A stretch of DNA of 64,000 nt, taken from IMG/VR virus record IMGVR_UViG_3300032288_003288. The stretch is one strand, 5' to 3'. A program made the position numbers and the translations under genes. The notes under the pieces are model-generated. The model saw only the letters and a list, made by a program, of their open reading frames with translations. It ran no database searches and was not told the origin of the DNA. Below are positions 61,359 through 64,000 of this stretch, one piece after another. Source of the DNA: a virus. Numbering within the stretch: position 1 is the stretch's first letter; every line of letters begins with the position of its first letter.

Positions 61359-64000
61359 TGGCAAAAGAACCAGTTACGATAGGCAATCAGAAGTTTATAT
61401 ACGACGAGAAGCGTGGAGGATGGATAGACTCCAAGTCTAAACAACCTGCAGATAAAGGTTTGCTGGCTATCTTAAACTCTGTTTCGAAAGAAACAAATGT
61501 CAAACCGAAAAGACTGAACATAGATCCTGCTGTAGCTCCTGTGTCAATGGGAACTACTAAGTTTGTCTATGATAAAAACTTGGGTTGGATAGACGAGAAG
61601 TCCAAAGTCCCAGCAGATCCTAAGTTCGCTTCTATGTTAGACGCGGCTGTCGGTGTGAAGAAGAAAGCCGTAACCGAAATCAAAAAAGACGTAGCCGAAA
61701 AAGCTATCAGCGGCGTAGGCTCTATAGTAAAGCCAAAAGATAGCGCAGCTTATAAAAAGATCTCTGATAGATTAGGAGATGGGCTGGCTTCTATTCAACG
61801 CATAAACGGTCACACCGAAAACTTAATATCGGCTAATCGATTTAAATACAAAGAAGAATCCAGAATCTCTAGAGAAAAGGCTCGAGAAGGCGGAAGTTCT
61901 GGAGCCACACAGACAGATGGTACGGCCGCGCAGTCTATGTCAGTCATGGCTGTCCTCGTCTCTTCTGTTACAGACAGCATGAATGAGTTTGTCGCTGTGC
62001 TCAAAGACACCAAACAAAGGGGTGGTTTCGGCGGAGGTGGTCTAGGAGGCGTAGTCAATGACGTCGTCGAAGGCGGATCTTCTATGTTTACTAACATAGT
62101 CGGTGGAGCCATAGCTGCTGTAGGCGTCGTCGGTACTGGATTAGCAATAGGCAAAAAAGCCACTGAGGATGACGAACGTCCTGGTGTAGCGCCTATCGAA
62201 TCTCCTGCGGCAACGCGAGTAGATAATCAACAAGCTCAGACTCCTGAAGAAGGTCAAGGAGAAGAGGAAGAGCCTGCTTCGACGACTTCTAGCGGAGGCG
62301 CTGCGGTTCCTGTTGCTGCAGCTTCTAAAGCTGCAGCCGGAATACCTACTAGAGAAGAGAGTGAATCTGGAGGAGATCGTGGTGGAGGCTCCAAGAACAT
62401 TAAGGTTCAGGTGCAAACTCCTGAAGAGCGCGGTAAACTAGAAGAGCCTCAACGCAAATCTAAGACGTCGTTTAAAGTAGCTCCCAAAAAAGAAGAGAAG
62501 AAAGAGGCTACTTCGAAGCCCCCATCTGGACAATCAGCTCGAAGAGTATCTACTGGGACTCCTCCAGGTGGAGCGAAGGGACCTGCGCAAGCTACATCGT
62601 CTAGAAAAGAGCCTGCAGCTCCTAAAGTTTCTTGGGCAAAAGCATTCGCCGACATCGGTAAAGCTTTAACGGATATCAAAAAATCTATAGCAAGTGCTAT
62701 TAGAAGCGGAGCTGGTGCTATTCAAAGGGCTGGTTCTGCAGTATCAGAAGCAGTGTCTGGTGCTGTGACTGCAGTCACTGAGACTGCTGCAGGTATGGGT
62801 GAAACTGTCAATGCTCCGACTTCTGGTAACGCCGCTCTTATATTTCAGACTGCCAAGCGTAAGGGATATGACGACAGAATGGCCGTGGCGTTTGTTTCCG
62901 TGGCACAAAAAGAGTCTGGTCTAAATCCCGCTCGAGGCGAAGTCATGAACTATACGTCTCAGCAGAGACTGGTTCAGGTTTTCGGTAATCGCGTTCAACC
63001 AAACCCATCGGCATATCTCAGAAATCCTCAAGCTCTTGCAAACAAGGTATATGGACCTGGAGACAGAGTCGGCAGGAGCTTAGGAAATACCGGTCCAAAC
63101 GATGGATGGACGTATAGAGGTCGTGGATTCAACCAGCTAACTGGTAAAGCTAACTACGCCGACATCACTTCTAAGCTCGCACGAACCGGATCTAATATCA
63201 ATCTGGTCAGAAATCCAGATGCATTGGCAGATCCAAGAACAGCTGTGGAAGCCTTCTTTGCTTTTTATGAAACAAATCGTGTTCTCAGAGGTAGAAAGAC
63301 CGCAAGAAGTCAATCAGAAGCGAACAGATTAGTCACTGATGCCACCGGCGGGCGTGAAGGATTTAGTAACACGAGATTCGGTCAAGAAAACTTAGCAAAA
63401 GTTGAAGGCTTTTCACGAAACTATACGAGCGCTGGCACTCTATCACAATTAGCTACAGGAGCGACAGAAGGAGCTGCAGCTGTAGGCAGCGCAGTAGTTT
63501 CTACAGGTCAACGTATAGGTGGAGCTATTACTGCAGCTGGTAGAGGCGTTAGAGGTATGGCATACGAGGCCTCTAGAGCTGCCATCTCTGCCATGGGCAT
63601 TCGAGGAACGAACGGTAACCTCGAGACTAGTCAGTTGGCTCCTATCGGCGTAGGATCTCTCAAAGCTGCACCTCCAGCTGCTCAGGCCATAAGAGCTCTA
63701 CGTACGGCAGCTGAGCGAGATGGCGTTAGGATCGGTGTAACAGATGCCTATAGAAACTATGCTACTCAGGTAGATCTAAAGAGACGTAAAGGTAGAATGG
63801 CAGCCACACCAGGCAGATCTAATCACGGTTGGGGTTTGGCATTTGACCTTAGTGACAATGGAAGTGGTCTTCGCGAAGGCAGTAGAGCTGCCAATTGGCT
63901 GCGTCAGAATGCTCCGCGCTTCGGCATCTTTGGTCCACTCGCAAGTCCATATGAATTGTGGCACTGGGAATATCGAGGAGGAGGAACTGGCAATTCCAAT
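61358..64000 (+). CDS. Virion-associated peptidoglycan hydrolase / tape-measure-like protein with GH19 and peptidase M15 domains (3' truncated)
   Basis: Absent from the ORF track because no stop lies in the window; the frame read by hand from ATG 61358 is open. KESGL...ANKVYG...GNTGPNDGWTYRGRGFNQLTGKANY (GH19, about 62880-63400) and YR.Y..Q...AATPGRSNHGWGLAFD...WL..NAPRFG...ELWHWEY (M15/VanY-like, about 63650-63975). Confidence 0.88.
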   Translation, partial: MAKEPVTIGNQKFIYDEKRGGWIDSKSKQPADKGLLAILNSVSKETNVKPKRLNIDPAVAPVSMGTTKFVYDKNLGWIDEKSKVPADPKFASMLDAAVGVKKKAVTEIKKDVAEKAISGVGSIVKPKDSAAYKKISDRLGDGLASIQRINGHTENLISANRFKYKEESRISREKAREGGSSGATQTDGTAAQSMSVMAVLVSSVTDSMNEFVAVLKDTKQRGGFGGGGLGGVVNDVVEGGSSMFTNIVGGAIAAVGVVGTGLAIGKKATEDDERPGVAPIESPAATRVDNQQAQTPEEGQGEEEEPASTTSSGGAAVPVAAASKAAAGIPTREESESGGDRGGGSKNIKVQVQTPEERGKLEEPQRKSKTSFKVAPKKEEKKEATSKPPSGQSARRVSTGTPPGGAKGPAQATSSRKEPAAPKVSWAKAFADIGKALTDIKKSIASAIRSGAGAIQRAGSAVSEAVSGAVTAVTETAAGMGETVNAPTSGNAALIFQTAKRKGYDDRMAVAFVSVAQKESGLNPARGEVMNYTSQQRLVQVFGNRVQPNPSAYLRNPQALANKVYGPGDRVGRSLGNTGPNDGWTYRGRGFNQLTGKANYADITSKLARTGSNINLVRNPDALADPRTAVEAFFAFYETNRVLRGRKTARSQSEANRLVTDATGGREGFSNTRFGQENLAKVEGFSRNYTSAGTLSQLATGATEGAAAVGSAVVSTGQRIGGAITAAGRGVRGMAYEASRAAISAMGIRGTNGNLETSQLAPIGVGSLKAAPPAAQAIRALRTAAERDGVRIGVTDAYRNYATQVDLKRRKGRMAATPGRSNHGWGLAFDLSDNGSGLREGSRAANWLRQNAPRFGIFGPLASPYELWHWEYRGGGTGNSN

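Noticed and set aside
61183-63964. Short ORFs listed in the track over the last 2.8 kb
   Set aside because: They are shadows of the long + strand ORF from 61358 that contains the GH19 and M15 motifs.
1-64000. tRNA, rRNA, rho-independent terminators, alternative genetic code
   Set aside because: Intergenic gaps are too short for RNA genes, no convincing GC stem plus U-tract was found, and core genes are full length under the standard code.

Overview
The whole window is the virion-morphogenesis region of a large T4-superfamily myophage. Its gene set resembles the cyanophage and alphaproteobacterial phiM12/Cr30-type branch, with VrlC/DUF4815 wedge proteins and no recognisable gp9-12; that lineage call is inference. 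The minus strand carries gp23 (truncated at the left edge), 22, 21, core proteins, 20, 19, 18, 17, 16, 15, 14 and 13, then fibres, VrlC-like proteins, gp8, 7, 6, 25, 5, a gp27-like hub, 53 and 48. The plus strand from 55.5 kb carries gp4, 2, 54, 26 and 51, then two long tape-measure-like proteins with murein-hydrolase domains, the last truncated at the right edge. T4-type late promoters (TATAAATA) precede most units. Between the neck and fibre genes lies an 8.6-kb sugar-modification island: cupin, kdsA, kdsB, two oxygenases, four glycosyltransferases, two methyltransferases and a radical SAM enzyme. Main hypothesis: the phage encodes a virion glycosylation/decoration system. Outward-facing parts of the capsid, sheath, baseplate and fibres are loaded with (A/G/S)-Asn and N-X-S/T motifs, partly on a shared ~80-aa module, while buried proteins such as the portal are not. 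Three unrelated virion genes also carry long Tyr-every-fourth-residue tracts. Other notable signals are a candidate -1 frameshift fusing gp26 to gp51 just before the tape-measure genes and an early-type promoter pointing antisense into a fibre gene. All assignments come from motif recognition and gene order; no database searches were run.
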